A stretch of DNA of 64,000 nucleotides from Negaprion brevirostris (Eukaryota). This document shows, in pieces, positions 50,020-62,144 of this stretch; positions within the stretch are counted from its first letter, which is position 1, and every line of letters begins with the position of its first letter. The notes below the pieces were generated by a model. It saw only the letters and a list, made by a program, of their open reading frames with translations, searched no databases and was not told the origin of the DNA. A program made the translations under genes and the position numbers. The stretch spans positions 23,476,143 through 23,540,142 of the forward strand of contig JARDVH010000163.1 of NCBI GenBank assembly GCA_030324005.1, in the 5' to 3' direction.

Positions 50020-50449
50020 GAACTTTGTTTTGCAACAGAGTCCTATGCCACAGTAAAGAAGCAATGTTATCTAAGATCGCTTTGCTGACAGTGGTAGTAA
50101 GGACATGGAGGATGAATGTCTCTTAATTGATAGGAGGGGCAGAGTATGTTGAATGTAGGAGTTGGAAAGGGAACTTCTCTGGAAAAGGGAGAGGATCTCT
50201 GTAAAAGGAGAGATACTGGGAGAGAGAATTTCTGAGAGTGAGTCCCTCAGTGGCAGTGGAGGGGTTTGAGAGAGAGTGGCTCTGGGAGAAGATGGAGTTG
50301 AAGGGTTTTTGCCTTGGAGAAATTGAAGAGTTTTTATGGAAATGATAGTCATGTTAGCCCATTGAATTTGGCCAACTGATCTTTCCTTTTTTTTGATATT
50401 GAAAATACATCACCTGTGACATAGTGAATGCTGAATATTGACCAAAATA

Positions 50450-51590
50450 AAATTTTACTAACTAAAATCAAAATATTCCCAGGAGTTATCCCTGGGCTCA
50501 TCTACACATTCAGTGCCATTGACCTGTATGTTTTTGAAAACTGGTGCTCCATCTCAAGCCTTCCTTTAATCTCCAGAGTTCTTGAATGTATTGTCTCCAT
50601 GCAAATCCCTGTCCATCTGTATTGGAATTCCTTGCTTGAATCCCTTCAATCATGTTCCCTCCCCCCATTATAGTACTAAAACAACTCTTACAAAGTCACA
50701 AAAGACTTCCTAGTTGATTATAACAAAGGTAAACTATCCTTCGTGCTTCTCGATCTGTCTGCGACCTTCGAGAAGGTAAAGTACCTCTCATCATCTGGCT
50801 GGGAGGACCTGCACCAGCTTGTTTTATTTGTATCTATCATGTGAGAGCCAGTGTTACCTTTCGCCTCTCTTTTCATATGGCATGGTGAGAAGTGGTTAAA
50901 ACTGATGCTTCGCAGCACCAGAGACCCAGGTTTAATTCTTGGGTGACAGTCTGCATGGGTACCAGTTTCCTCCTACAGTCAAAAGAAGTGCAGGTGAGTT
51001 GGATTGGCCATACTAAATTGTCCCCGNNNNNNNNNNTGGGGTTACACATAGGATGGTGGGGAGGGACTGGGAGTGATGCTCTTTCGGAGTCAGTTCTGAG
51101 TTGATGGGCCGAGTGGCCTCTTTCTGCAATGTAGAGATTCTATGGTCTTCATCATAAACTTGGTTCCCTGGCCACAGACTTCATTCTTGTTTGAGGCTGC
51201 ACTAGACTGTTCATAAAATTGAAAGAAGCTTTAAACTACATATCCGTATGAATACAAAATCTGCCTATTTTCTCCTTCATAACAGTGTCCAACTTCAACC
51301 TTGCTTCAGCCTATTTGCTGAAATCTTTATACGTTGCCATTCTTATCTCCAAACTTGATTTATCTGATGTACACTTGCCTGGTTTCTGACGTTCAACACT
51401 CCATAAACTCTGCTGCCTGTGTTCTAGCTCATACCAAGTCCTGCTCACTCACATCACCTATGTTCGTTGACCAACATTGGCCTCAATTTTAAAATTTCAT
51501 CTTTTGTTTACTTCCTTCAGCTCTCTATTTTCCTTCGATTTCTGTGATCCTCCGGTTCTGGCCCAATGAACTCCCCGATGTTAATCACAC
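50450..51590 (+). mobile_element. L2 LINE RT fragment, interrupted by an HE1 SINE
   Basis: SISSLPLISRVLE...LLESLQS, then KVTKDFL...GKLSFVLLDLSATF (L2 KVTND / LLDLSAAFD motifs). Confidence 0.8.
50878..51143 (+). mobile_element. HE1-type V-SINE (internally deleted)
   Basis: 'ggattggccatactaaattg', 'gatgggccgagtggcctctttctgcaatgtagagattctatg'. Confidence 0.85.
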
Positions 51591-51591
51591 T

Positions 51592-51786
51592 GCCAAGAAG
51601 CTCACCAGTGCTCTTTAAGCAGCACATTCCGTGGTTGCTACCATCTAGAAGGACATGAGCAGCAGACACATGGGAATGTCATCATCTGGAATTTCCCCTA
51701 TAAGTCTTTTGCCATCCTGTGTTGGGAATGTATTACTGTTCCTTCACAGTTGTTGGGTCAAAATCCGATAACTCTTTCCCTAACCA
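51592..51786 (+). mobile_element. LINE 3' coding fragment (probable partner of SINE family B)
   Basis: 'ctaccatctagaaggaca..gcagcagacacatgggaa', 'gggtcaaaatcc..aactctttccctaac' (WNSLPN-like). Confidence 0.6.
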
Positions 51787-52479
51787 GTAAAATTTGATGT
51801 TTTCTGTTTTTAATAGAAGCAGTCCTGCAATCTGTTTACCAGCACCAATAGACAAAACTACAGGGCATAGTTGATTCAATGTCATGATTTGCGACCCTGT
51901 TTCAGCTCTTAGCAGACTATGGGATGAAGGTATAATTTATACAGGTCAGTAATCAGAGCTTCACATGTTGCTGGCTATTTAGGTGGGCTCGGTGTTCGGT
52001 CTGCATTGTCAGAGAAACTATGGCAATAATCATCGGCTGTATTTGAGTTGGTGATGTACTAAAGGGCTAAATTAGTGATCTTTAAGCAGAAACACATATT
52101 TGATTAGTTTAATGTGAATTTATTTAATCAGAGGTGAGTCATTCTGAAACATTGTAGAGAGGATGTATAAATAGTTACTGGTATTTGTTGGAACTTCCTT
52201 TCTTGCAACTCTAATACTGATTCAGTAATTAAAGTATTTATAGAGAAAGTAAAAATATGAATGGGGATTAGAGTCAGTATTTGTGGACAGTCAGTTTTGG
52301 ATGTCTTTCCACATTCATAATATTGTGCCAGCAGAACCTTTGTCTTTAAAAGGTGGTCTTTAGGTACCAGATTTCCATGAAATATAGAAATGAAAGCACC
52401 AACAGCACTTGCAGTTATGTATATATTGCAGAACCAGTGATGTCTAAAAATAGGCATACGTATTAATTTTGGCTTTTAA

Positions 52480-52600
52480 GGAATATTTGGATAATGTGGG
52501 AAGATAGAATTGAGGAAGAAGATGACCCATGATCATATAGAATAGCAAAGCAGGCTTGATGGTCCTAATGACCAATTAACCCCTCCTATTTTTTATGTTC
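52480..52600 (+). mobile_element. CR1 3' end
   Basis: 'ccatgatcatatagaatagcaaagcaggcttga...ctcctattttttatgttc'. Confidence 0.75.
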
Positions 52601-53896
52601 TTTTATTCTTGATTTCAATACTTCTGTCTTATTTTTACTTCTAAATCGATGTTAATGCTTGTTAGTATAGTTGAGAGTAATTCTTGCCTTTTTTGTTGAC
52701 TTTTTCTAAGTAAATATTAGCTTGTATGAATGTTTTCAAATGGGATCTAATACAAAGGGTCAACCTTAGAAGAACCATTAAATAATTTCCTGAATCAATG
52801 GTAGGTTTTCACAAGGTTCATGCTGTGACCAATGGGTCTGCTTGGAGGTAGCACACTGCTTTCACTGGGTCGCATAGTAATATCAAGTAAGGTAACATTT
52901 CAGACAAAAGTAATGTTTTGAATGAGGGTTGCTGTGTTTGAAGGCCTGTGGACTTGATTGACTTGATTGCTCAGTGAACCTGCAACTAAAATATTACAAA
53001 TCTGTAGCTTGTTTGCCAGAATTTGTGCTGTATGTGAATTTGATGGGGAATAAAACATTTAATTAGACTGTACATGTGCATATTTGTGTCCAAAATGAAA
53101 TGTGAATAATGTTCAGTTTTTTTGACTAGAATATTTTGCCTTCCAGATTAAATGCTTTGTGCTTTTTAACTTCTCAATTTTTTATTTGAAATTTGCTTTG
53201 GATAGTGGGTTGTACGAGAAGGTTAAAAGTCAGAACTTCATTCGTTACATGGTAAAAAGATTTATGTTTCTGAAAGCTCCGATGTTAAAGCAAGGCGATG
53301 TGCATTGTTTCCACTTTGTAAAGGGTCTAGTTGTAGACCAGCTGTGAAGTTGAACAAAGACTGCAGCTGAATACAAAGTTTTTTTTGCCTGCACTGATCC
53401 ATAACTCGGCCCATTCCGGAGGTTGGTGAGCAGGCAGAGCTGTGTTCCTGACCCCTGAGCACCAAAAACAGTTGACACGTGAAAGAGGAAAAAAGAAAGT
53501 CAAGATTGTCATCATCTCTTAAACTCAGACTGCAGGAACCAATTAGGAGTAAATGAGCTGAGGCTTGGTTAACAGCATCTGAAAAGGTCTCACTGCTTCT
53601 TTTGTTCCTGTGCAGCCACAGTTCCCCAGAAGGATCTCTGTAGGGACATGGGAGAAGAGGGAAGTGTTTTGTTTGGAGTGAAGGGCAAATTTTCTACAGA
53701 AATGTTCTTATTAATAATGCTGGCACATTTTTCTGGTGCAGCATTTAGTTTTGTCATTTTGGCTGCCTGTCAAGTACTAAGTCACCTTTAAAATGGACAC
53801 TACTTTCTTCACCTACTTGGCATCATAATTAAGTTTTTACAGAAACAAATCAAGACAGCATTATTTCTGAGCAGAAAGTCATTGTGGCTGGCATCT

Positions 53897-54030
53897 AGCA
53901 ACACAGGAACAGGGTAGGTCATTCAACCTCTTGACCCTGTACCATCATTCATAGATCATGGCTGATCTGTAGCTCAACTCCATTTATCCACCATAACTGG
54001 ATTGCTCATCAAGAATCCTTCGAAATCTAT
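53897..54030 (-). mobile_element. CR1 3' end
   Basis: 'gtaggtcattcaacctcttga..ctgtaccatcattcatagatcatggctgatctgta'. Confidence 0.7.
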
Positions 54031-54249
54031 CTGATTCTTCAGTCTGTTTAAGCCGAGTGTATTCACCTTTACTTATCTTTACACCAATATAGACTGACTG
54101 AACTTGCTTGTTAAAAACAAGTGGTTGATGTTCCTCTGTATCCAAGTAGTTAATTGTTTATTCAGCCTCTTATTTGGGCAGAGGGGTGATTGTTTCCACA
54201 TGCTCACTGAACCAATAAGGTCTGATTTAAATGAATTCAATCTTATTGA

Positions 54250-54968
54250 ATTGTTCCACAGGTCAAATCCTTGACACCAGACTGAGATTGAGCCAATCTG
54301 TTCACAACTTGGTGTCATGTTTGATCCGTGATGAGCCTCCAACCTCATTCATACTGACATAAGACCGGCTACTTTCACCTCTGTACCATCACCAGTCTCC
54401 TCACCCTGTGCCACCTCATCTGCTGAAACCCACACCATTGCCTTTGTTACCTCTAGAGTCAAATAATCCAATTCTTCTGGCTAGTCTCCCATATTCTACT
54501 CTCTGTAAAACTGAGGTCATCCAAAGCTCTGCTGTCCACATTTTAAATTGGCTAAGTCCCAGTTCCTTAGCACTCCAGTACTTGTGGACCTACATTGGCT
54601 CCCAATCAAGCAATGTTGTGATTTTTTTTTTGAAATTCTCATCCTTTCTAAATTCCTCCATGCCCTATCCTATTTCTATAATCTCCTTCTGCCCCATAAC
54701 CTTCTGAAATATCAGCACTTCTCTAATTCTGGCTTCTTTTGCATCCCCAATTTTTAATTGCTCTACCATAGCTGTGCCTTCAGTTGCTTGGCTTCTAAGC
54801 TCTGGAATAGCTCTATACATCTCTCTCTCTCTACCTTTTAAGACATTTCTTGAAACCTACTCCTTTGACCAAACTTTTGGTCCTTATGCGGCTGTGTCAT
54901 ATAATACCTCAATGAAGTGCTTCGCGATGTTTTACTGGGTGAAATGTGCTATATAAATGTAAGTTGTT
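54250..54968 (+). mobile_element. L2 LINE 3' portion with tail
   Basis: PVLVDLHWLPIKQ motif (ORF 54548); tail 'gaagtgcttcgcgatgttttact..gtgctatataaatgtaagttgtt'. Confidence 0.85.
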
Positions 54969-57900
54969 CATATTCAATTTGATCGAACTTCATGTGGAAT
55001 CAGTGGTTCTTTGAGTTCTCTTGATATATGCTCTTGACATGCCATGCATTTCAATGAAGGTTTAAATGTCATTGTTTGTACTTGATTAAAACTGTCTCTT
55101 TTGCAAGTCTTCTCATCTGATCTGTGTGTTAAGTGATGAAGTTGTTGACAAATATCACATCACAAAGGTGACCTGCCTGCCTTTAAAAATGACTTCTTGG
55201 GAGCTGACCAACTCATCCCAATAAGGCCAAAATGGTCTTAATGTTCGTTGTATGTTGAATTGAATCAGACCATCCTTTGACTACATTTTGTAACAGTTCT
55301 GTACTGAAAGTTTCACAGTAGTATGTTTCACCATGGCTTTCCATGTCTCTGGATTCAAGTCTTTTAGAGTCAGTAAATGTTGCATTTGCTCCAATCTTGG
55401 CAAATATCAAGTAGTTTGTTTTAATCATTCGTGGGATATGGGCATTGCTGTCTAAGCCAACATTTATTAGTCAGACAATTACCAGCTGTCTTAGGCAGAT
55501 AATTTGAATGTTGGCAAACATTTTGGATGGTGTAATGGCATCTAAGCTTTCTGCGAGATTAACAGTGTGAACCATGTTCAGTGCTCTGCATTTCATGATG
55601 CACATTATCGTCATATTTTAGTTTGTCACTCACCTTGTGTATACGCTTTTGACAAGTTGATCGTTCTTATTGCCTGAAGGTATCTGTTAGTTTATTTAGA
55701 TCATTGTGCCTTTTTTTTGCTGCTGTATCAACCTTTTCTCTAATGCACTGCCAAAGGTCCTTTCTACCACATGCTTTGCAGAATTGATGGAAAGCTGGTC
55801 ATTTCCTTGGTGCATGCAAAAGGCCGCACCTTTCACGTCTTGTTCAGTTTGGGTTTTCCGGTGAGTGCTTCAACAGTTGGGAGGGTTATACCTAGGACCT
55901 ATAAGTTTAGTATACTTGCGAAGTTGCTTCGTACTTCCATCCTTGAGTAGCTCTTCGATGCTATACGTTTTGGGCATGTCTAGTAAATCTTGCTGGGATG
56001 CTTCCATGGGAGTGGATCACCAACTCAACCAGCTAGCTCTGCATTTGAAAAAAAAATCACAGTACATAATACTTGAAGTCATCAGCAGCAAGCTTTGTTC
56101 TGCTCACAGGCGAAAGTGAAACTGAGACTGGATCACAGGACAGTGATGGCATGCCCTGAAAGGCATATTACAACATCGCTGTCAGGTACACCATCAGTCG
56201 AAAATTCAGTGATTTAAAGTGTTGCTATTTAGGATACTTGTTAAATAGTGCACTTAGTCCCTTTGATCACAAGTAAATATGCTATTGATCCTTGTATTAA
56301 ACTTTAAATTGATAAGTATTAGTTACCTCGCTGTTAGGATCCATTCTACTGACTAATCTTCAAGTTTCCTACATCCAAATCTGGTTTTGTCTTCCTGCTT
56401 CTGAATGTTGGAAATTATTTTTAACAATGACTTCGGTCTTCAGGCTTCCTAAAGCATTGTCTATGGATACAGCATTTAAAATTTAGTATGACATAGTTTC
56501 TGACATTGATCAGGCTAGGAACATGTTCAATGTTTGTGTACAAGCGCTACTACAGTTTATTCAACTATTTGAAACTTAATTCAAATATATCCTGAGCAGT
56601 CCTTTAATCTATTTTAGGTATTGGAAGACTCCTTGTTTTGTCCAGTACTCAGTCTGTTGCCTTTGTTCCTGGTGGCCAAATCTATCTGCACTTCAAATGT
56701 TAAGGGAAAAAGAATGCCATCATTGAATTTCTGGAACAGGTTGCAGTAAAGAGTGCTTTGTACTAGGATATTGCACACATTAGAGGTGCTTTTATATTGT
56801 GTTAATGTTGCCAGATTCCTGAAGCTTAAATGTTGTGCAATCAACTGTGAGCCAAATGTGAAATTACCAAGAATAAGACTAATAGCCCGGAAGTCCAGTT
56901 TAAAATGGATCTTCACAGCCACTGACCTTGGCAAGCCTGGCAGTTTTAAATTTGATTTGTAGCTGACTGCACATGATCGTCACTTCGGGAATCGAGTGAC
57001 ATTAAAAAGAGTGCTGTAGAAGTCCCTTTTTAAAAAAGGAAGTGAATGCTGTAGTTGGAAAGACCGAGTCTTCAGGGCCTTTGCCAACCTTATTTTTATG
57101 GCTTGAGTTTATACTGAATTGTCAAGGCAACAGAACCCAAGATCTTGTTTGTTTTTAGCTGCAGCTACCCAACATTGAGTTTGAACCTGTAAGGAATGGT
57201 CAGTGACTACCCCCCAACATATCTCTCTGTCATCTTTAAACAGCCCATGTTCAACTCCGCTAAAATTTTGTTTGTAATTGCACATCGAAGGACCTTTGCT
57301 GGTTTCACACCACCTTCTGCAATCAATGCATATCCATTTGTAATCTATTTCCTTATTTTAATATCCTTCCCCTACTGCACTCAATATAACGTGATTTGTC
57401 AATTCAACTGTACTATCAATACCCCACTCTATATTGTTAACAAACATCATATGCAGAAGGGAGCACAGAATTCAATTTGGACCCCATTGGAGAGCAGCCT
57501 TGACATTCAGGACTTAAATTGCAACAGGAGGGCTCTACTAATATAATTACTATTTCGTGTTTGCTGGACTCCAAATTAACACTTATTTCAACCAGTCTGC
57601 TCAGTCCTTCGCATGCTTATGTCAGCTGAATCCACCAAATTCCTGTAAGATTTTGATATCTGTGAACACAACAAAGTTCCCAATTCATAGTATTATAATT
57701 ATCACTTGAAGTTGTTCGTGTCTGTATTCTTCAAATGAATAAGATATTTAATTATTTTAGTTTGTTGCATAATTTATCTTTCTACTGGCCAAAGAAGATT
57801 AAGAAATTGAAGTCTCATGTCCAGCTCTGGCCTTATACCTGCTAGAGAATAATTATTTAAAGCAAGTAACTTTTTAAAGCAGAACACTGTTTCTGACCTA

Positions 57901-58380
57901 TTCTTAGAAACCTTTAAGCAAATCCCAGGGTTGACCTTTACTGTGGCTGTCGTATGTTCAGATTTGGGTTGCTGGCAGGGCATGATCTATCAGACTTTTT
58001 CATACTGCGTCTGAAACTTAAATCCTACATCCTGCTGTGTGTCAGCTTGTGTAGATTTCAAGCTCCTTAAATTTATAGAAGCAGGTGATTTACTTCAGAG
58101 TCTGGTTACAGGGTTACATTCACTCCAGCTGTAGTATCATGTCAACCCATCAACTTCATTCTTTCTTTACTCACAACTCCTCCTTTTCCTCTTCCTGCCC
58201 CATCCTTTTCCTTCCCATTTTGTCTAGTTGTAGTGCAGAACATCCATTAATGTGTTCTCAGGTGCTGGAGCCATAACTGCTGTCAACACCATTCAGTTTA
58301 ATTTGGTAGGAGGAGCTCTGATTAAGGCAAAAAGACTACTTTGAATTTCATTCCCAATTCTCTATCTCTCCCTTTCCCCC

Positions 58381-58682
58381 TAGCATGGTGACACAATGGT
58401 TAGCACTGCTGCCTCACTGCACCAGGGACCCGGGTTTGATTCCCAGCTTGGGTCACTGTCTCTGTGGAATTTGCATGCTCTCCCCATGTCTGCATGGGTT
58501 TCCTTTGGGTGCTCTGGTTTCTTCCACAGTCTGAAAGACGTGCTGGCTAGGTACATTGGCCATGCTAAATTCTCCCTCAGTGTACCCAAACAGGTGCCAG
58601 AGTGTGATGACTAGGGAATTTTCACAGTAACTTCATTGTAGTGTTAAGGTAAGCTAGCTTGTGAACTAATAAAAATTTTTTT
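58381..58682 (+). mobile_element. V-SINE with alternative 3' tail, near full length
   Basis: HE1-type head (B box gggtttgattccc) and V-domain; tail 'gactagggaattttcacagtaacttcattgtagtgttaa..cttgtgaactaataaa'. Confidence 0.9.
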
Positions 58683-58845
58683 AAAAGTATTATCTCTCTG
58701 TTCTGTAACTGATGTATAACATTTTTTATCTATGCACTCTTGTGTAATAAAGATGCTGTGGGGATTTTCACTGTCACTTCATTAGTGTTAATGTAAGCCT
58801 ACTTGTGACAATAGTAACATCTGTTCCTTGAAACACTTATGTTCC

Positions 58846-58846
<1 letters not shown>

Positions 58847-58885
<39 letters not shown>

Positions 58886-58892
58886 CTCTCTC
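58847..58892. repeat. Compound microsatellite (AC)18(TC)5
   Basis: Read directly. Confidence 0.95.
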
Positions 58893-59819
58893 ACCCTACA
58901 GCTTTACATACATTAATACTGTATCATTTACTCTAGCATCTGCTCAGTTTTACTTTGGAAAATCAGCCCAAAAGATGTTCATGCAATGATTAGGAAGAAA
59001 AAACCAAATGCTGGAGATTCAAAGATCAATTATTCTGCTAATTCTGGATTTATAAGAAGTTCCTCGTTGTGCATGACTTTGTTCTGCAAACCAGAATTGG
59101 TTAATGCACATTAAGGGTTATTTCCCCAGTTTTGTGTCTTCGAGGATGTCTGTTCAAGACAAATGGCTGCTTAATGTTTTGGACCATCTGGATCTGTCAG
59201 TATCTGAAAAGAGGAGACAGATTGCAATCTTTCCTCTTTTTAGTCGCTCACAGACCATGCTGTTATTTCCAGCATTATTTTATTTCCATTCTGTTGTGTA
59301 CTGAGAGTGCATGTTACTATATGTAGAAAGTTACTGCACTGAATTATGTTAGTGAGTCCTGATTTTAGGAATGTTGGACTTTATCGTGTGGTGTTGCAAG
59401 CTTGTGTATAAAGTATTACAATTTATCACCTTTAATTTCTATACGGCGTCTTTCATCAATTGATCAGAGTAATTGTAGCAAACCAATAGAGAATGGCCGA
59501 GAAGAATAAATGAAACATTTTTTTTCTGGAATAATGATATGACATTTCGAGGTATTGTGAGAGTTTACTGCTGCTTCTGCAACTTTGAGGTTATTAGATT
59601 TGAAGTTGAATCTGCTAAGTACCACAGGTCTGCTGCCATAATAAAAAGTGGAAAATTGCTGAGCATACTTTGTCTTTGCAAATGTTGGCTGAAACAAACT
59701 TGAAAAAAAGCCTTGACAGAAAGCATCATGCATGTGGGAGCTCAGCTCCTGGCACATGCATTAGTGTTGAGGTGTAACAGTTTTATTCACACACTCACAT
59801 TTAGTCTAATAGTATTGAT

Positions 59820-59958
59820 TGATAGAAACCATACAGCACGATAGGAGACCATTTGGCCCATGAAATCGGCACCAACCCTCCGAAAGCACACCCTACCTTG
59901 CCCAACCTATTCCCATAACCCTGCACATTGATTACGGCAAATCCACCAAAGCTGCATT
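59820..59958 (-). mobile_element. HE1-type SINE 3' fragment
   Basis: 'atagaaaccatacagcac..ggagaccatttggcccat'. Confidence 0.7.
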
Positions 59959-60169
59959 GCCAGTATTGTGCCACCTTCAACGTGATGCATTGTATATACA
60001 TTCAATATAAGGCTCCCTATTTTCTCAACATGTGCAGAGTCCCAGTTTGGATCTATGTTGAATCTCCCAGCTTGAGCGTATTTGTACCATACAATCTGAG
60101 CTGTTGTCACATAGGATTACAAAGCACGTTAACTAAAATGGAAAGTTCTGTTAAAAAGCAATGAGAGTA

Positions 60170-60760
60170 CACCTGGAAGAAGAATAAGATTTGGCTTGCT
60201 TAAAATATACAAGATCCAGAGGCGTCTGGACAGGATGGATATGGAGAGGACGTTTTCTCTTGTGGGCAAATCTAGGACCAGGGTCACTTGAAAAATAAGA
60301 GGTCACTGATTTAAAATGCAGATGAGGTGAAATGTTTCTTTCAGAAGGTCATGAGCCTTTGAAACTGTCTTCCTGAAAAGGTGATAGAAGCAGGGTCTTT
60401 GAATATTTTTAAGATAGAGGTGGGTAGATTCTTGGTAAGCAAGGGAGTGTTAGGTTAATGGGGGTAGGTGGGATGCAAATTTGAGGTTACTATCAGGTCA
60501 GCCATGATCTTAAAATGACAGAACAGGCTCAAGGGACCAAATAGTAGGTTCTTTACTCAGAGGGTAGTAAGGGTGTGGAATGCCCTGCCTGCAGCAGTTG
60601 TGGACACACCAACTTTAAGGGCATTCAGATGGTCATTGGGTTGGCATATGGATAATATTGGAATAGTTTATGTTAGAGGGTCATTAGATTGGTTCCACTG
60701 GTGGGCGCAACATCGAGGGCTGAAAGGCGTGTACTGTGCTGTTGTGTTCTATGTTCTAGT
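60170..60760 (+). mobile_element. Two adjacent CR1 3' ends of different subfamilies
   Basis: First ends 'aacaggctcaagggaccaaatag' (~60544); second has WNALP (ORF 60573) and a (tgttcta)n tail. Confidence 0.85.
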
Positions 60761-60794
60761 CCACTCCTGCCCCTTGTTCGTATGTACCCGGAAC

Positions 60795-61170
60795 AAAGCC
60801 GTGAGAGTGGGAGCAGAGATAATGGACAGCAGGAGAAAATAAATTTGCAAAGTGATTTCATAGAAAGCATAAGGAGGCTGGTAAAGTTGGGTTTACAGTA
60901 AATGTTTAAATTAACTACCTATAATTTAGTATAGATTGAGTTTTAAAAACTTATAAGAAACTGAAGTTGAAGGGAGCCTGCAGGTAAAGCTGCAGTGATC
61001 AGCGCAAGAGGCTAATTGATGAGCAGCTGCTGAGTTATTATTTAAGTCTTAAGTTTATTTCTGATAGTCTAATAAATTGAGGCAAGGCAGAGTGCCTCAG
61101 TTCCACCACATGCAAACCCTACAACATGCAGGAACTCCAGGATGCTGCTTGTGACCTGCAGTGCAGTCAC
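60795..61170 (+). mobile_element. Possible CR1 5' UTR / ORF1 start
   Basis: 'gtgagagtgggagcagag' leader and CKPYNMQELQDAACDL, resembling the CR1 ORF1 N-terminal Cys motif (CxxCxMWE). Confidence 0.4.
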
Positions 61171-61174
61171 AAGA

Positions 61175-61858
61175 CTGAGTCCTCAGATACTTACTATTCT
61201 CCTTATAAACACCTATGATTGTGTGGCCAAGTCCTCCTCCAACTCGATCTTCAAGTTTGCTGATGACACTGCTGTAGTGGGCCAGATCTCAAATAATGAC
61301 GAGTTGGAGTACAGGAAAGAGAGAGAGAATCTGGTGAATTGTGCAATGACAATAATCTCTCCCTCAATGTCAACAAAATGAAGGAGATTGTCATCAACTT
61401 CAGAAAGCATAGTGGAGGAATGCACCTATCTACATCAATGGGGATGAAATAAAAATAGTCGAGAGCTTCAAGTTTTTTGATGTCCATGTCATCAACAACC
61501 TGTCCTAGTCCCATCATGCCAACATTATAGATAGCAAATAACGCCTCTACTTTCTCAGAAGACTAAGGAAATTTGACATGTCAGCTATGACTCTCACCAA
61601 CCTTTACAGATGCACCATTGAAAGCATTCTTTCTGGTTGTATCACATCTTGGTGTGGCCACTGTTCTGTCCAAGATTGCAATAAACTATAAAGGGTCATG
61701 AACACTCTACGTCTATCTACACCCTAGATATGACTGTAACATTACATTCTGCACTTGTCCGCTCTTATTCCATGTACTGTATGCTTTGTTTGTATAGTGT
61801 GCAAGAAGCAATACTTTTCACTGTATATTAACACATGTGACAATAAATCAAATCAAAC
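61175..61858 (+). mobile_element. Rex1/Babar LINE, RT C-terminal half and tail
   Basis: TYDCVAKSSSNSIFKFADDTAVVGQISNNDELEYRKERENLV, NNLSLNVNK.KEIVINFRK; tail aataaatcaaatcaaa. Confidence 0.85.
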
Positions 61859-61859
61859 A

Positions 61860-62075
61860 TCCTTTTAACAATGTGGTGACCAGAACTGCACACAGTACTC
61901 TAGTTGTGGCTTCACCAAAGTTCTTCACAATTCCATTGTGACTTCCCTATTTTTGTAATCTGTGCTTTGGTTGATAAATGCAAATGTCCCATATGTCTTT
62001 ATTATCACCCTACTAAGGTGCCCTTCCACTTTCAAATATCTGTGGACAAACATGTCAAGGTCCCTTTATTTCCAC
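61860..62075 (-). mobile_element. CR1 fragment
   Basis: 'gtggtgaccagaactgcacacagtactctag'. Confidence 0.8.
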
Positions 62076-62144
62076 AGAACAGGGACATTATACAGTCACA
62101 GGCTACTCAATTCTTGATGTCAGGCTTTGCAATGGTGAGTAAAT

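Noticed and set aside
58381-58455. tRNA-like A/B boxes (also at 3726, 33550, 46985, 49642)
   Set aside because: SINE heads continuing into SINE bodies, not tRNA genes
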